Shown here: positions 48,146-56,873 of the stretch, in pieces | How positions within the stretch are numbered: the first letter of the stretch is position 1 | Layout of the letters: each line of letters begins with the position of its first letter | Program-made: the position numbers and the translations under genes | From: Thermofilum sp. | GTDB taxonomy: Archaea > Thermoproteota > Thermoprotei > Thermofilales > Thermofilaceae | DNA length: 56,873 nucleotides | Direction: 5' to 3' | Assembly (NCBI GenBank): GCA_020833575.1 | Contig: JAJHRT010000001.1 | Location: forward strand, 1 to 56,873 | Notes under the pieces: model-generated | Databases searched by the model: none | Told to the model about the DNA's origin: nothing | Seen by the model: only the letters and a program-made list of their open reading frames with translations

Positions 48146-48943
48146 TCACTTCTTCAGGACTTCAACTGAGGCAGTGCAACCAGCTGCTTTAGCTTCACTC
48201 AGTATCGTGCTAACTACACCTTCAAAGATTTTCTCGCAAACCTTAGGGTCTAGCGCCTCTACGTCGAGCCTGTACCTCGGCGCTCCGATTGTGTAGATTT
48301 CCACGGACACAGTGTCAGGTATCTGCAGGCTCTGCTCCCAAGATGTAAGAACTTTTTTCAGAGCAGGCAACCCCCCCTCTACGCACCTCAATGTGATCAC
48401 GCCACTCTTCCGGATTTTCTTCAGCTTTATGCTCTGTTTCGCGACTTCCAGGACTGCGGGGATCCACTCGTCGGGCACACCAGCCACCCTTAAGGCGTCA
48501 GCCCCCTTTGTGGCAGCCTCCTCTAACCCCTTCAGCATCTCACCGTAATAGTCTTCGAGCTTCCAGCCCACCTCCTCGTAGGCTTCGTCGAGGGTCTTTC
48601 CCAGCATCTTGGCTGCGCTCTCGAGAATCTTCTCAGCCCTAAGCGCCCTCTTCCACTCGAGCTGCTTTGCTCTCCGCTCGCTGTCCGAAACCCTTCTGAG
48701 CGATACATCAACTATGCCCCTTCTGGGGTCCGACCGTATCACTTTGAACACTGCCTTCTGACCCACCTTTAGGACCTCCCTAATGCTCTTGAACCACGAG
48801 TGGCTGACCTCGCCTAGGGGGACGTACGCCCTAAGCCCTCTATACTCGTCTAAGGTCACGAATGCGCCGTGATCGTGTATCTCGGTAACTGTACCCACAA
48901 CGAGCTCATTAAGCTGGGGGAAGGCGGCTCTTTTCCTTACCAC
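48146..48943 (-). CDS. eif2a: Translation initiation factor 2 alpha subunit
   Basis: S1 domain ELVVGTV..GAFV.LDEY, DVSLRRV, IGAPRYR. Confidence 0.96.
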   Translation of the reverse strand: MVRKRAAFPQLNELVVGTVTEIHDHGAFVTLDEYRGLRAYVPLGEVSHSWFKSIREVLKVGQKAVFKVIRSDPRRGIVDVSLRRVSDSERRAKQLEWKRALRAEKILESAAKMLGKTLDEAYEEVGWKLEDYYGEMLKGLEEAATKGADALRVAGVPDEWIPAVLEVAKQSIKLKKIRKSGVITLRCVEGGLPALKKVLTSWEQSLQIPDTVSVEIYTIGAPRYRLDVEALDPKVCEKIFEGVVSTILSEAKAAGCTASVEVLKK

Positions 48944-49036
48944 GCCCCAAACACCGCTACCCTCGCGCCTCTCCGCTTTAAAAAGTTGTATGCAGTACTA
49001 CAGCTTTTGGCGCGAAGGATAGCTTGTCCACTTCGG

Positions 49037-49237
49037 CTATCTCAGGACCTCTAGCACCTCTGCTAGGATGACTGCTTTCCCCCCGCTCGGCTGGACTAGG
49101 GTCTTCCCGCACTTCAGGCACTTGACCTCAATAGAGGCGTGGCTGAAGGTTACTTGCTCGTTGCCACAGTCGGGGCACCTCACCTTGATGAACACGCTCT
49201 TGGGCCTTGGTATGAGAACCCGCCCGTGGCGCGGCAT
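49037..49237 (-). CDS. rps27e: 30S ribosomal protein S27e
   Basis: [24 protein letters not shown]. Confidence 0.97.
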   Translation of the reverse strand: MPRHGRVLIPRPKSVFIKVRCPDCGNEQVTFSHASIEVKCLKCGKTLVQPSGGKAVILAEVLEVLR

Positions 49238-49241
49238 AGCG

Positions 49242-49529
49242 CTACTTCACCTTCTCAACTATCTCGAGCTTCTTGAGGCGTATACCCTCTCTGTGGTACG
49301 TGTAACCGCACACCTTGCACTTCAGCTTCAGCGTTTGCTTCTTAGTGACCTTCGCGGTTCTCTTCTGCTCTGGCTTGCGCTTAGAGCCGTATCCCTTCAA
49401 CTTTCTTAGGTACCTTCTCTGCCCCTCAGCCAGCGTACGTCTCTTACCCGCCTTATACAGTGTCACCTCGTGCTCGGTATGAGTCCTGCACCGGGGGCAG
49501 TACGTCCTGATGACGCTGGGCACGCGCAT
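49242..49529 (-). CDS. rpl44e: 50S ribosomal protein L44e
   Basis: TYCPRC.THT.H, GQRRY.RK..GYG, AKVTKK. Confidence 0.97.
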   Translation of the reverse strand: MRVPSVIRTYCPRCRTHTEHEVTLYKAGKRRTLAEGQRRYLRKLKGYGSKRKPEQKRTAKVTKKQTLKLKCKVCGYTYHREGIRLKKLEIVEKVK

Positions 49530-49653
49530 GACTGCAGCACCGTCTCCCGGGATGTATAGCAGAAGCTATAAGCGTTATGCTCCACACACGGGATCTCTCC
49601 TGAAAAACCTTTTATAAGCGGGGGTGCGAAGCCCTAGGAAAAGGTGCACCTCG

Positions 49654-49986
49654 ATGGAGTTCTGCCCCAAGTGCGGAGCCGTACTGCTGCCGGCAATGGT
49701 CCAGGGCAGGAGGGTCCTTAAGTGCAGAGTCTGCGGCTACGTGAAAGAGAATTCCTCGGGGAACCCCGGGTACAGGGTCACTGAGAGCATTGAGCGCAAA
49801 CCCCTCGACAAGATCTCCATTGTTGACGTAGATGTTTCCACACTGCCCATAGTGCCCTTCGTTTGCGAGAATTGCGGCAATGACAGAGCCTATGTTTACG
49901 AGGTTCAAACGCGGGCAGGCGACGAGCCTGCGACACGATTCTACATATGCACCAAGTGCAGGAAGGTCTACCGGGAGTACGCGTGA
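49654..49986 (+). CDS. tfs: Transcription factor S (TFS)
   Basis: MEFCPKCG, second ribbon C..CG, QTRAGDEP.TRFY.C..C. Confidence 0.93.
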   Translation: MEFCPKCGAVLLPAMVQGRRVLKCRVCGYVKENSSGNPGYRVTESIERKPLDKISIVDVDVSTLPIVPFVCENCGNDRAYVYEVQTRAGDEPATRFYICTKCRKVYREYA

Positions 49987-50010
49987 GGCGCCAGCTGTAC
50001 TGCTGCGGGA

Positions 50011-50155
50011 CCGGCTTCAGCGAAGGGGGTCAAGGGTCTTGCGCGCGCAAAAACTGACGCAGCGAGTCGAGGCTCCCAGCTTCGCACAGGCTCCGCACTA
50101 GCCCTCGAGCCTAGGAAGAGGGAGGATTAGTTCAGATGACCCCCGCTGAAGGCGG
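50011..50155. repeat. About 145-bp segment bounded by an imperfect inverted repeat
   Basis: 50011-50032 CCGGCTTCAGCGAAGGGGGTCA pairs with 50137-50155 TGACCCCCGCTGAAGGCGG (18 pairs, 1 mismatch, 3-nt bulge). Confidence 0.55.
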
Positions 50156-50251
50156 GGTAAAAAGGCGGCGTAGTTAGGCACCGCGCGGTGCACGCTTAAA
50201 CACACGCTAACCTTATTAGCGCAACTGAAGCCTTGAGGCTGGTGAGCCGAG

Positions 50252-50995
50252 GTGGTGAGGCTGGTTTTCCCGGAGGCGCGGGAGTGGAGGTACATAATCG
50301 AGGGCCTGGCAGCGATAGTTGAGGAGGCTAGCTTTGTCGCCACGCCCGAGGGCTTGAAGCTGCGTGCTCTCGACCCTGGGCGCGTCGCGATGGTGGACTT
50401 GTTCATGCCGCCGACGGTCTTCGAGGAGTACAAGGTTGAGGCTGAGGCTAAGATCGGAGTCAGCTTCGACGACCTCGTGGACGTTATGAAGAGGGCCAAG
50501 TCGGGGGACAAGCTGGTGATGGAGGTCTCTGGTAACAGGCTCACGGTGACGCTCGCGGGCAAGGCTGAGAGGAGGTTCCGCCTTCCGCTGCTCGACATAG
50601 CGGGGCAGGAGCTGCCCACTCCCAGGCTGAACTTCACCGTTGCTGCTAAGATGCTGAGCGATACCTTCCGCGATGCCCTCAAGGACGCTGAGCTCGTCGC
50701 GGAGTCCGTGCGGCTCAAGGCTGAGGACGAGAACCTCCTGATGATCGCGAGGAGCGATAAGGGGGAGGTGGAGACCCGCTTCTCCCTGAGCGAGGGCAGC
50801 CTGATGGAGATAGACGTGAAGGAGCCCGCCGAGGCCATCTACGGCATAGACTTCCTCGACAAGATCGTGTCCAAGGCGTACCGCGTGAGCGACATCGTCT
50901 CGCTCAGGTTCGCCACAAACATGCCCCTGGAGCTGACCTTCGACGTCGCCGGCGGAGGCACGCTGAAATACCTCCTAGCCCCGCGAGTAGAATGA
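50252..50995 (+). CDS. pcn: DNA polymerase sliding clamp PCNA
   Basis: ALDP.RVAMVDL, LKDAELV, P..L.F..G.L.YLLAPR. Confidence 0.96.
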   Translation: MVRLVFPEAREWRYIIEGLAAIVEEASFVATPEGLKLRALDPGRVAMVDLFMPPTVFEEYKVEAEAKIGVSFDDLVDVMKRAKSGDKLVMEVSGNRLTVTLAGKAERRFRLPLLDIAGQELPTPRLNFTVAAKMLSDTFRDALKDAELVAESVRLKAEDENLLMIARSDKGEVETRFSLSEGSLMEIDVKEPAEAIYGIDFLDKIVSKAYRVSDIVSLRFATNMPLELTFDVAGGGTLKYLLAPRVE

Positions 50996-52056
50996 GCGCC
51001 ACGCAGCTCAGAGTAGTCCTAACTCCCGAGGACTTTTCCCGGTACCCCTTCGTACCCGAGGCTTTGAGCAGCCTAAGGGAGCTCGAGCTGACCCTGGAGG
51101 ACATAGCCTCCACGCCCCTTGGCAACCTAATACTCGAAAAGGCTAGGGAGCGCCTGCTCAAGGCTGTGGAGGGCGAGAAGCTTCCCTCGCCCGAAGAGGA
51201 TTACATGCTCGAAGTCGCTGTCTTCTACACAACACTGCTCATACTGGCGGGGGTTGGCGATGACCGTTTGACGGAGAAGTTCTCCACGCTGTACGCGAAG
51301 GCTGTGTACGAATTCCTGTTGAAAGACCTGGAGAAAGGTTCTCGCGACAAGCTCCTGTACCTTGCGGTAAAGGTTCTCGGGTGGGATGTGCGCCCTGTAG
51401 ATCCGAATGTGCTTATTCACTTCAAGTACTTTGTGTCTGCCCAGCCTGAGTTCACTGGTGAGTGGAAGCTCACAAACAGGGTCCTGGAGAAGGGTTATGT
51501 CAGGGTTAGCTGGCGCGAGCTGGCAAGGCTGCTAGAGACCGGTGTGAAGAAATACGTGATCAGCCTTGTACAAAGGGCCGAGGTCTCCGGAAACATACCA
51601 GAAGGTGTTTACAGGGTTGTGGAGGAGGTCTCCAGGGCCTGGTCGGCAAGACAGCAGGATATCAGGAGCGTCGCCAGGGATATATCATCAAGGAGAGGCG
51701 AGGAGGCGCTTCCTCCTTGCATTAGGGAGCTACTACACCAGCAGCTATCCGGGAAGAACTTGCCCCACAGCGCTAGGTTCGCTCTGGCGAGCTTTCTCCT
51801 CAACATAGGCTTTTCTGTCGAGGAAACTCTCGAGGTCTTCAGGCACTCCCCAGACTTCAGAGAGGACATCGCAAGGTACCAAGTGGAGCATATCGCGGGA
51901 CTCCGAGGATCCAGGGTGAAGTACCTTCCCTACAAGTGCGACAATATGCGCTCCTACGGGCTCTGCAGATGGTCCTGTGAAGGGGTGAAGCACCCTCTCC
52001 AGTACTTCTACCGGGCACTACGCGGTCGCCGGGTCAAGGTCAAGGAGCTTTGGTGA
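50992..52056 (+). CDS. priL: DNA primase large subunit
   Basis: YPF, WKL.NR.L..G.V, PPCI, H.ARF.LA.FL, PDF.E..ARYQVEH, Fe-S cysteines, HPL.Y. Confidence 0.93.
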   Translation: MSATQLRVVLTPEDFSRYPFVPEALSSLRELELTLEDIASTPLGNLILEKARERLLKAVEGEKLPSPEEDYMLEVAVFYTTLLILAGVGDDRLTEKFSTLYAKAVYEFLLKDLEKGSRDKLLYLAVKVLGWDVRPVDPNVLIHFKYFVSAQPEFTGEWKLTNRVLEKGYVRVSWRELARLLETGVKKYVISLVQRAEVSGNIPEGVYRVVEEVSRAWSARQQDIRSVARDISSRRGEEALPPCIRELLHQQLSGKNLPHSARFALASFLLNIGFSVEETLEVFRHSPDFREDIARYQVEHIAGLRGSRVKYLPYKCDNMRSYGLCRWSCEGVKHPLQYFYRALRGRRVKVKELW

Positions 52057-53183
52057 GGCCCTTGTCGAGCCTCGCCCTCAACCTCTTCAAGAGCTACTAC
52101 AGGAGGACCTACGTACCCCCGCCCTCGCACCTAGAGAAGAGGGAGTACGGCTTCCAGCTCTTCGGTGTTCAAGGCATGCTGAGACACATCTCCTTCGGCA
52201 ACGGGAACGAGCTCAATGAGTTTCTCAGGTCGCGTGTGCCCCAGCATGCCTACTACTCGACGGCTCTCTATGAGAGCCCTTCGGCCCCCGAGATGAGCGG
52301 GAAGGGGTGGCTGGGGGCTGAGCTCGTATTCGACATCGATATAGACCATGTGGACACTCCGTGCAAGGAGCTTCACGACACGTGGAAGTGCAAGAACTGC
52401 GGCGCAGAGGGGCGGGGGCAGCCACGCGCCTGCCCTGTCTGCGGCAGCGAGAACCTGGAGAGGAAGAGCTGGGTTTGTGACATTTGCATAAACTCAGCCC
52501 GCGACGAGGCTCTGAAGCTCCTGGATCTCCTTGAGAACGACTTTGGAGTGTCAAGGAACGAGGTGGCCATCACGTTCTCGGGGCACCGAGGTTTCCACAT
52601 CCACGTCCAGCGCGAGGACTTCATGAGCCTAGATCAGGACGCTAGGCGGGAGATCAGTGATTACGTGCGCGGCTTGGGCTTGGAGCCTGAGCTCATGCTC
52701 AGGAGGTCCAAAGGGGGGCTCTACGCTTTCCGGTACGACGCGGAGACGCCGGGCTGGCCCGGCCGCATAGCCAGGTACGCTGCGCTCTTGCTATCTGAGA
52801 GAATCGCGGGTAGCGGACTTCCAGAGCTGCCCAAGGCTGAGTGGGAGGACCTGATAAAGACGGCTGTGAACGAGCTGAGCGCGAAGATAGACGAGAAGGT
52901 TACAATAGATGTCCACAGGCTGATACGGCTACCGGGGACGCTCCACGGGAAAACGGGGCTCAAAGTCCTCGAGCTGACAGCTTCCGAGCTAGAGGCGCTC
53001 ACCGCGGAGGACATCCTGAAGAAGGCTATAGTTTTCGGCGACGAGGAGGTAAGGGTTAGGATGAGGAAACTCCCTTCAAGAGTCCTGCTTTACACAATTG
53101 AGAGCGACAGCGACGTAGTCAACGTGCCACTCCACCTGGCCCTGTACCTTCACCTTAACGGCGGTGCGGAGGTTCTCCGCTAG
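52053..53183 (+). CDS. priS: DNA primase small (catalytic) subunit with Zn-binding insertion
   Basis: REYGF, YYSTA.Y..P, ELVFDIDID, FSGHRGFH, ID..VT.D..RLIRLPG.LHGK. Confidence 0.95.
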   Translation: MRPLSSLALNLFKSYYRRTYVPPPSHLEKREYGFQLFGVQGMLRHISFGNGNELNEFLRSRVPQHAYYSTALYESPSAPEMSGKGWLGAELVFDIDIDHVDTPCKELHDTWKCKNCGAEGRGQPRACPVCGSENLERKSWVCDICINSARDEALKLLDLLENDFGVSRNEVAITFSGHRGFHIHVQREDFMSLDQDARREISDYVRGLGLEPELMLRRSKGGLYAFRYDAETPGWPGRIARYAALLLSERIAGSGLPELPKAEWEDLIKTAVNELSAKIDEKVTIDVHRLIRLPGTLHGKTGLKVLELTASELEALTAEDILKKAIVFGDEEVRVRMRKLPSRVLLYTIESDSDVVNVPLHLALYLHLNGGAEVLR

Positions 53184-53240
53184 CACTTCCCTCGCAGGGC
53201 GGTAACGTTTTTGTAGCCTTTAGCGAGGTTTTCGCGCAGC

Positions 53241-54599
53241 ATGTGGTCGATACTCTACTACCTCAGAAACGACCCGGAAAAGCTGCGCTGGAACCTCAAA
53301 GCCAGGTTCATGGACCCAGCGCTTGTCGACGAGGCCTTAAGGCTGGACGCTGAGTGGAGGAGGAAAAAGAAGGAGTATGAGGAGGCTAGGCACAGGCTCA
53401 ACGTAGTCTCGTCAGCCTTAAGGACCGCGGACCCCAGCGAGAAAGGCAAGCTCCTGGAGGAGGCCAGGGCTCTCAGCAAGCAGGTAGAGCAGTTACAGCG
53501 CGAGCTCGCGGAGCTTGAGAGGGATCGGGAAAAGATCCTGAGGAGGATACCTAACGTGATCCATGAGAGTGTTCCCATAGGTCCCGACGACTCCTACAAT
53601 GTCCCCGTCAGGTGCTGGGGGAGGGCACGGGTGCCGAGAGATTACCTGGAGGCCTTCCTTAGCGAGACGGAGCGGAAAGGCTTGAAGATGGACTACGAGG
53701 TTATCGATTGGAAACCTATACCACATGCAGACTTCCTAGAGGCCAAGGGGCTGACTAATGTGAGTAAGGCCGGCGAGGTTGCGGGAGCGCGCTTCTACTA
53801 CATGTTCGACGACCTGGTTTGGCTCGAGCTGGCACTGATAGCTTACTCACTCGAGTTCCTGGCGAAGAAGGGCTTTAGGATACTAGTACCTCCCTTAATG
53901 CTCAAGGAGGAGGTCCTCGCAGGGGTTATCAGCTTCGAGGACTTCAGGGACATGATATACAAGATAGAAGGCGAGGACCTCTACCTCATAGGCACGGCTG
54001 AGCACCCCATAGCCGCGCTCCACGCAAACGAGGTTATACCAGAGCGCGATCTGCCTCTACTCTACGCCGGAGTGAGCCAGAGCTTCAGGAAGGAGGCGGG
54101 AGCGCACGGGAAGGACACGAAGGGTATTTTCAGGGTTCATCACTTCAGCAAGGTTGAGCAGTTCGTTTTCTCGCACCCCGATGAGTCCTGGGAGTGGCAC
54201 GAGAGGCTTATCAGGAATGCTGAGGAGCTCTGGCAGGGTCTCGGGATACCTTACAGGGTGGTCAACATAGCATCGGGGGATCTGGGGGTTGTGGCGGCAA
54301 AGAAGTATGACCTCGAGGCATGGATGCCGGCTCAGGGAAAGTTCAGGGAGATGGTCTCATGCAGCAACTGCACTGACTGGCAGAGCTATAGGCTGAATAT
54401 ACGCTACGCAGAAACACCTGGTGCGCCCAGCAAGGGCTTCGTCCACACTCTCAACAGTACGGCTATTGCCGTGCAGAGAACTATAACTGCAATAGTCGAG
54501 AACTACCAGACGGAAGACGGCCATGTGGTGCTCCCCAAAGTGCTGAGAAAGTACATTGAGCCCGTGGAGCCCTCGCTAAAAGTCTTCGTCCTGGACTAG
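53241..54599 (+). CDS. serS: Serine--tRNA ligase
   Basis: N-terminal coiled coil, GTAEHP, FRKEAG.HG.DT.GIFRVH.F.KVE, SCSNCTD.Q, HTLN.T. Confidence 0.97.
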   Translation: MWSILYYLRNDPEKLRWNLKARFMDPALVDEALRLDAEWRRKKKEYEEARHRLNVVSSALRTADPSEKGKLLEEARALSKQVEQLQRELAELERDREKILRRIPNVIHESVPIGPDDSYNVPVRCWGRARVPRDYLEAFLSETERKGLKMDYEVIDWKPIPHADFLEAKGLTNVSKAGEVAGARFYYMFDDLVWLELALIAYSLEFLAKKGFRILVPPLMLKEEVLAGVISFEDFRDMIYKIEGEDLYLIGTAEHPIAALHANEVIPERDLPLLYAGVSQSFRKEAGAHGKDTKGIFRVHHFSKVEQFVFSHPDESWEWHERLIRNAEELWQGLGIPYRVVNIASGDLGVVAAKKYDLEAWMPAQGKFREMVSCSNCTDWQSYRLNIRYAETPGAPSKGFVHTLNSTAIAVQRTITAIVENYQTEDGHVVLPKVLRKYIEPVEPSLKVFVLD

Positions 54600-54675
54600 C
54601 CGGGGCGTCCCTGTAGCTCACGCGCGTGCACATAAAAAGTAAATAACCCCGACTGCTACCTCCGAGCGAGCACGC

Positions 54676-55074
54676 ATGTCCACACGTCCGGAAGAAGCTG
54701 GCAACGTGAAGGTGGGCTCCTTCATAGTCATCGACGGGGAACCGTGCCGCGTCGTCGAGGTTGAGAAGAGCAAAACGGGTAAGCACGGCTCCGCGAAGGC
54801 CCGGATTGTCGGCATTGGAATATTCGACGGCGTTAAGCGCAGCATCGTAGTCCCGACAGACGCGAAGGTAGAAGTGCCTGTTGTGAAGAAGTTCAACGCC
54901 CAAGTAGTAGCGGTCACAGGTGACTACGTGCAGCTAATGAGCCTAGAGGACTACAACACCTTCGAGGTGCCTATGCCCCAGGAGGAGGAGATAAGGAGCA
55001 AGCTCGGCGAAGGCGTGGAAGTAGAAGTCTGGGAGATCATGGGAAGGCATAAAATACAAAGGGTGCGGGGGTAG
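54676..55074 (+). CDS. eif5a: Translation initiation/elongation factor 5A
   Basis: Hypusine motif [10 protein letters not shown]. Confidence 0.97.
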   Translation: MSTRPEEAGNVKVGSFIVIDGEPCRVVEVEKSKTGKHGSAKARIVGIGIFDGVKRSIVVPTDAKVEVPVVKKFNAQVVAVTGDYVQLMSLEDYNTFEVPMPQEEEIRSKLGEGVEVEVWEIMGRHKIQRVRG

Positions 55075-55263
55075 TAGTGCTACTTGAATGAGGAGCCAGG
55101 CAGGCGGTGAGCGCTAAGAAGCGGATGTGCGCGATGGCCGGGATCTTGAGTGCCGACGCTACTGCGAGCTGCGCGGGGTGCCCCCGCGTTTTCCCGAAAA
55201 GCCCTTACCTGCTGGCTGCGTGCACCCGCGCACGGGGGCAGAAACAAGGGAAAAACCTTTTTC

Positions 55264-56061
55264 TCAGAGCAGCGCCTCGTCCATATACCTTGCGCAGTTG
55301 CACTTGCGCTCCTCGGGAATCTTCGGGATAAGCTCCCTTAGGAGCGCCTTCACCTTCTCGGTGTTCTCAGCCATCACTCGAGCAACCTCGTGCGCTGTTA
55401 CCGGTTTCTCCGCCCACACGTCGTAGTCGGTGACCATCGCAATATTTAGGAAGCACATGCGGGCTTCTCTAGCTAGGTTCACCTCGGGCACAAGCGTCAT
55501 CCCGATAATGTCCGCACCGAACTGCCTCCAGAGCCTGGACTCAGCCCTCGTCGAGAACCTCGGCCCCTCTATGCAGACGTAGGTGCCCCTCTCGTGTATC
55601 TTTATGCCCAGCTGCCTAGCTGTGGACACGCAGAGACTGCTGAGCTCGGGGCAGAAGGGGTCGGCCATGGACACGTGCGCAACCTCCGGTCCGTCGTAGA
55701 ATGTGTAGACGCGTCTCTTCGTCATGTCTATGAACTGGTCTGTGCAGACGAAATCGCCGGGCTTGTAGTCCTCTCTGAGGCTTCCGACCGCGGACACTGA
55801 GATCAACCTCTCCACGCCAAGCTCCTTCATCGCCCAGATGTTCGCCCTGTAGTTGATCATGTGTGGCGGTATCTCGTGCCTTCTGCCGTGCCTCGGCAAA
55901 AAGGCGACTTTAACCCCTCTGACCTCCCCCACGACTATGTGCGAGGAGGGGTTCCCGAAGGGGGTGTAGACCTTTACCTCCTTAGCGTTCTCCAGGAAGT
56001 CGGGGGAGTAGAGGCCGCTGCCTCCTATAATCCCGATGCGCACTTTCTCTTTCTCCGTCAT
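55264..56061 (-). CDS. mtnP: S-methyl-5'-thioadenosine phosphorylase
   Basis: [35 protein letters not shown]. Confidence 0.94.
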   Translation of the reverse strand: MTEKEKVRIGIIGGSGLYSPDFLENAKEVKVYTPFGNPSSHIVVGEVRGVKVAFLPRHGRRHEIPPHMINYRANIWAMKELGVERLISVSAVGSLREDYKPGDFVCTDQFIDMTKRRVYTFYDGPEVAHVSMADPFCPELSSLCVSTARQLGIKIHERGTYVCIEGPRFSTRAESRLWRQFGADIIGMTLVPEVNLAREARMCFLNIAMVTDYDVWAEKPVTAHEVARVMAENTEKVKALLRELIPKIPEERKCNCARYMDEALL

Positions 56062-56116
56062 ACGTGTTTAGGAGGTGAGCGGGGTAAAAATCTACCGCGC
56101 TGCGCGCGCTACCGCG

Positions 56117-56872
56117 CTACAGTGCGATCTTCACGATGTTTTCACTGTGCGCGTCGATGCCGTAGCTTTCCCTCAAGAAGCTGGAGAACTCGTGCCTGAA
56201 GCCTGTGAAAGGTACCACGAGCAAGGCCTTGCTGTCAAGCACGTAGCGAACTAGCTGCGCGAAGTCGGCGTGGCTGGACAGCGGGAACCCCCTTCCAAGG
56301 GCCCAGCCAGTGCACACGATGGTCTCGCTGAAGCCCGCGTACCTCGCGCCGAGCCTGGATATCACTACTGCGCTTGAGGTAAGCGCGCCGCCTCCATACC
56401 ACAGGACGTAGCGACCCAGAGGCTCGCCGAGGAGCTCGTAGAGCTCGTTGTACCTGGCTACGCTGCTCTCCACGAGGGGTACCAGATGCGTCGCCATGCT
56501 CACTAATGCTGTCAACTCCTGCGCCACACCTAGCTTCCTCCCCTTGGCAACCACGCTTCTTCCGCTCTCCACGGCTTGATTGATGCGGCTCACAATTGCT
56601 TTGTAGAGCTCCGCGCGCGGGGGGAATATGTACCTAGGGCTTCCGTAGGTTGCGTCGATGATCAACAAGTCACCTTTAACAACCTCCGCGGGTCTCAAGA
56701 TGAGTCTCCTGTCCAGGTTGAAGTCACCCGTGTACACCACGAGGGCGTCTCCGAGGTCGAAAGAGAATTGGAGGCTGCCGATGATGTGCCCAGCCTCGTG
56801 TGCCGTGATGCGCAGGCCTGCCACCTCGACCTCCTGCCCTGGCTCCACGGTCAGCACGTTCTCGAGCCTATC
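56117..56872 (-). CDS. Metallo-beta-lactamase fold (beta-CASP-like) nuclease, N-terminus beyond window
   Basis: AGHIIGS, YTGDF, IDATYG.P, LSSHADF; frame stays open to the window end. Confidence 0.85.
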   Translation of the reverse strand, partial: DRLENVLTVEPGQEVEVAGLRITAHEAGHIIGSLQFSFDLGDALVVYTGDFNLDRRLILRPAEVVKGDLLIIDATYGSPRYIFPPRAELYKAIVSRINQAVESGRSVVAKGRKLGVAQELTALVSMATHLVPLVESSVARYNELYELLGEPLGRYVLWYGGGALTSSAVVISRLGARYAGFSETIVCTGWALGRGFPLSSHADFAQLVRYVLDSKALLVVPFTGFRHEFSSFLRESYGIDAHSENIVKIAL

Positions 56873-56873
56873 C

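Noticed and set aside
52350-52500. Intein or foreign insertion in priS
   Set aside because: Cys-rich Zn-binding insertion with no intein splice motifs; such insertions are known in archaeal PriS
55107-55426. Short ORFs between eif5a and mtnP
   Set aside because: Three mutually overlapping frames running into mtnP with no motif; only short GC hairpins

Overview
Core-genome segment of a GC-rich hyperthermophilic archaeon. Thermoproteota, most likely Thermofilaceae-like, is inferred from reverse gyrase, Elf1, S26e, GINS15 and tRNAs with non-canonical BHB introns; this was not checked against a database. About 65 tightly packed CDS cover translation (EF-1a, aIF2a/g, aIF5A, deoxyhypusine synthase, pelota, AspRS, SerRS, r-proteins), RNA processing and modification (Nop5, fibrillarin, Gar1, Nop10, Nep1, Trm1, TrmY, Trm14-like, RNase P proteins, FAU-1), transcription (Rpo7, Spt4, Elf1, TFS, a divergent TFB), replication (PCNA, PriL, PriS, GINS15), archaeal lipid synthesis (GGGPS, DGGGPS), N-glycosylation (AglB) and central metabolism (POR alpha/beta, GTP-PEPCK, PRPP synthase, MTAP). 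RNA genes read directly from the sequence are SRP RNA (minus strand), tRNA-Ser(GCT) with a D-arm intron and tRNA-Arg(CCT) with a 32/33 intron. No CRISPR array, intact transposase or integrase was found. The most unusual items are: (i) an ArsR wHTH fused to an apparently dead class III ribonucleotide reductase (NrdD)-like body, divergent from pckG; (ii) a small membrane protein resembling the eukaryotic oligosaccharyltransferase accessory subunits OSTC/OST3, with a STT3-like AglB in the same window; (iii) an adenylate-kinase-like/nucleoside-deoxyribosyltransferase fusion coupled to DUF711; (iv) SWIM plus RPA-like and RecA-paralog plus RNase H-fold gene pairs; (v) related intergenic repeats and hairpins that may be mobile-element scars. 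All family assignments rest on motif recognition by eye.
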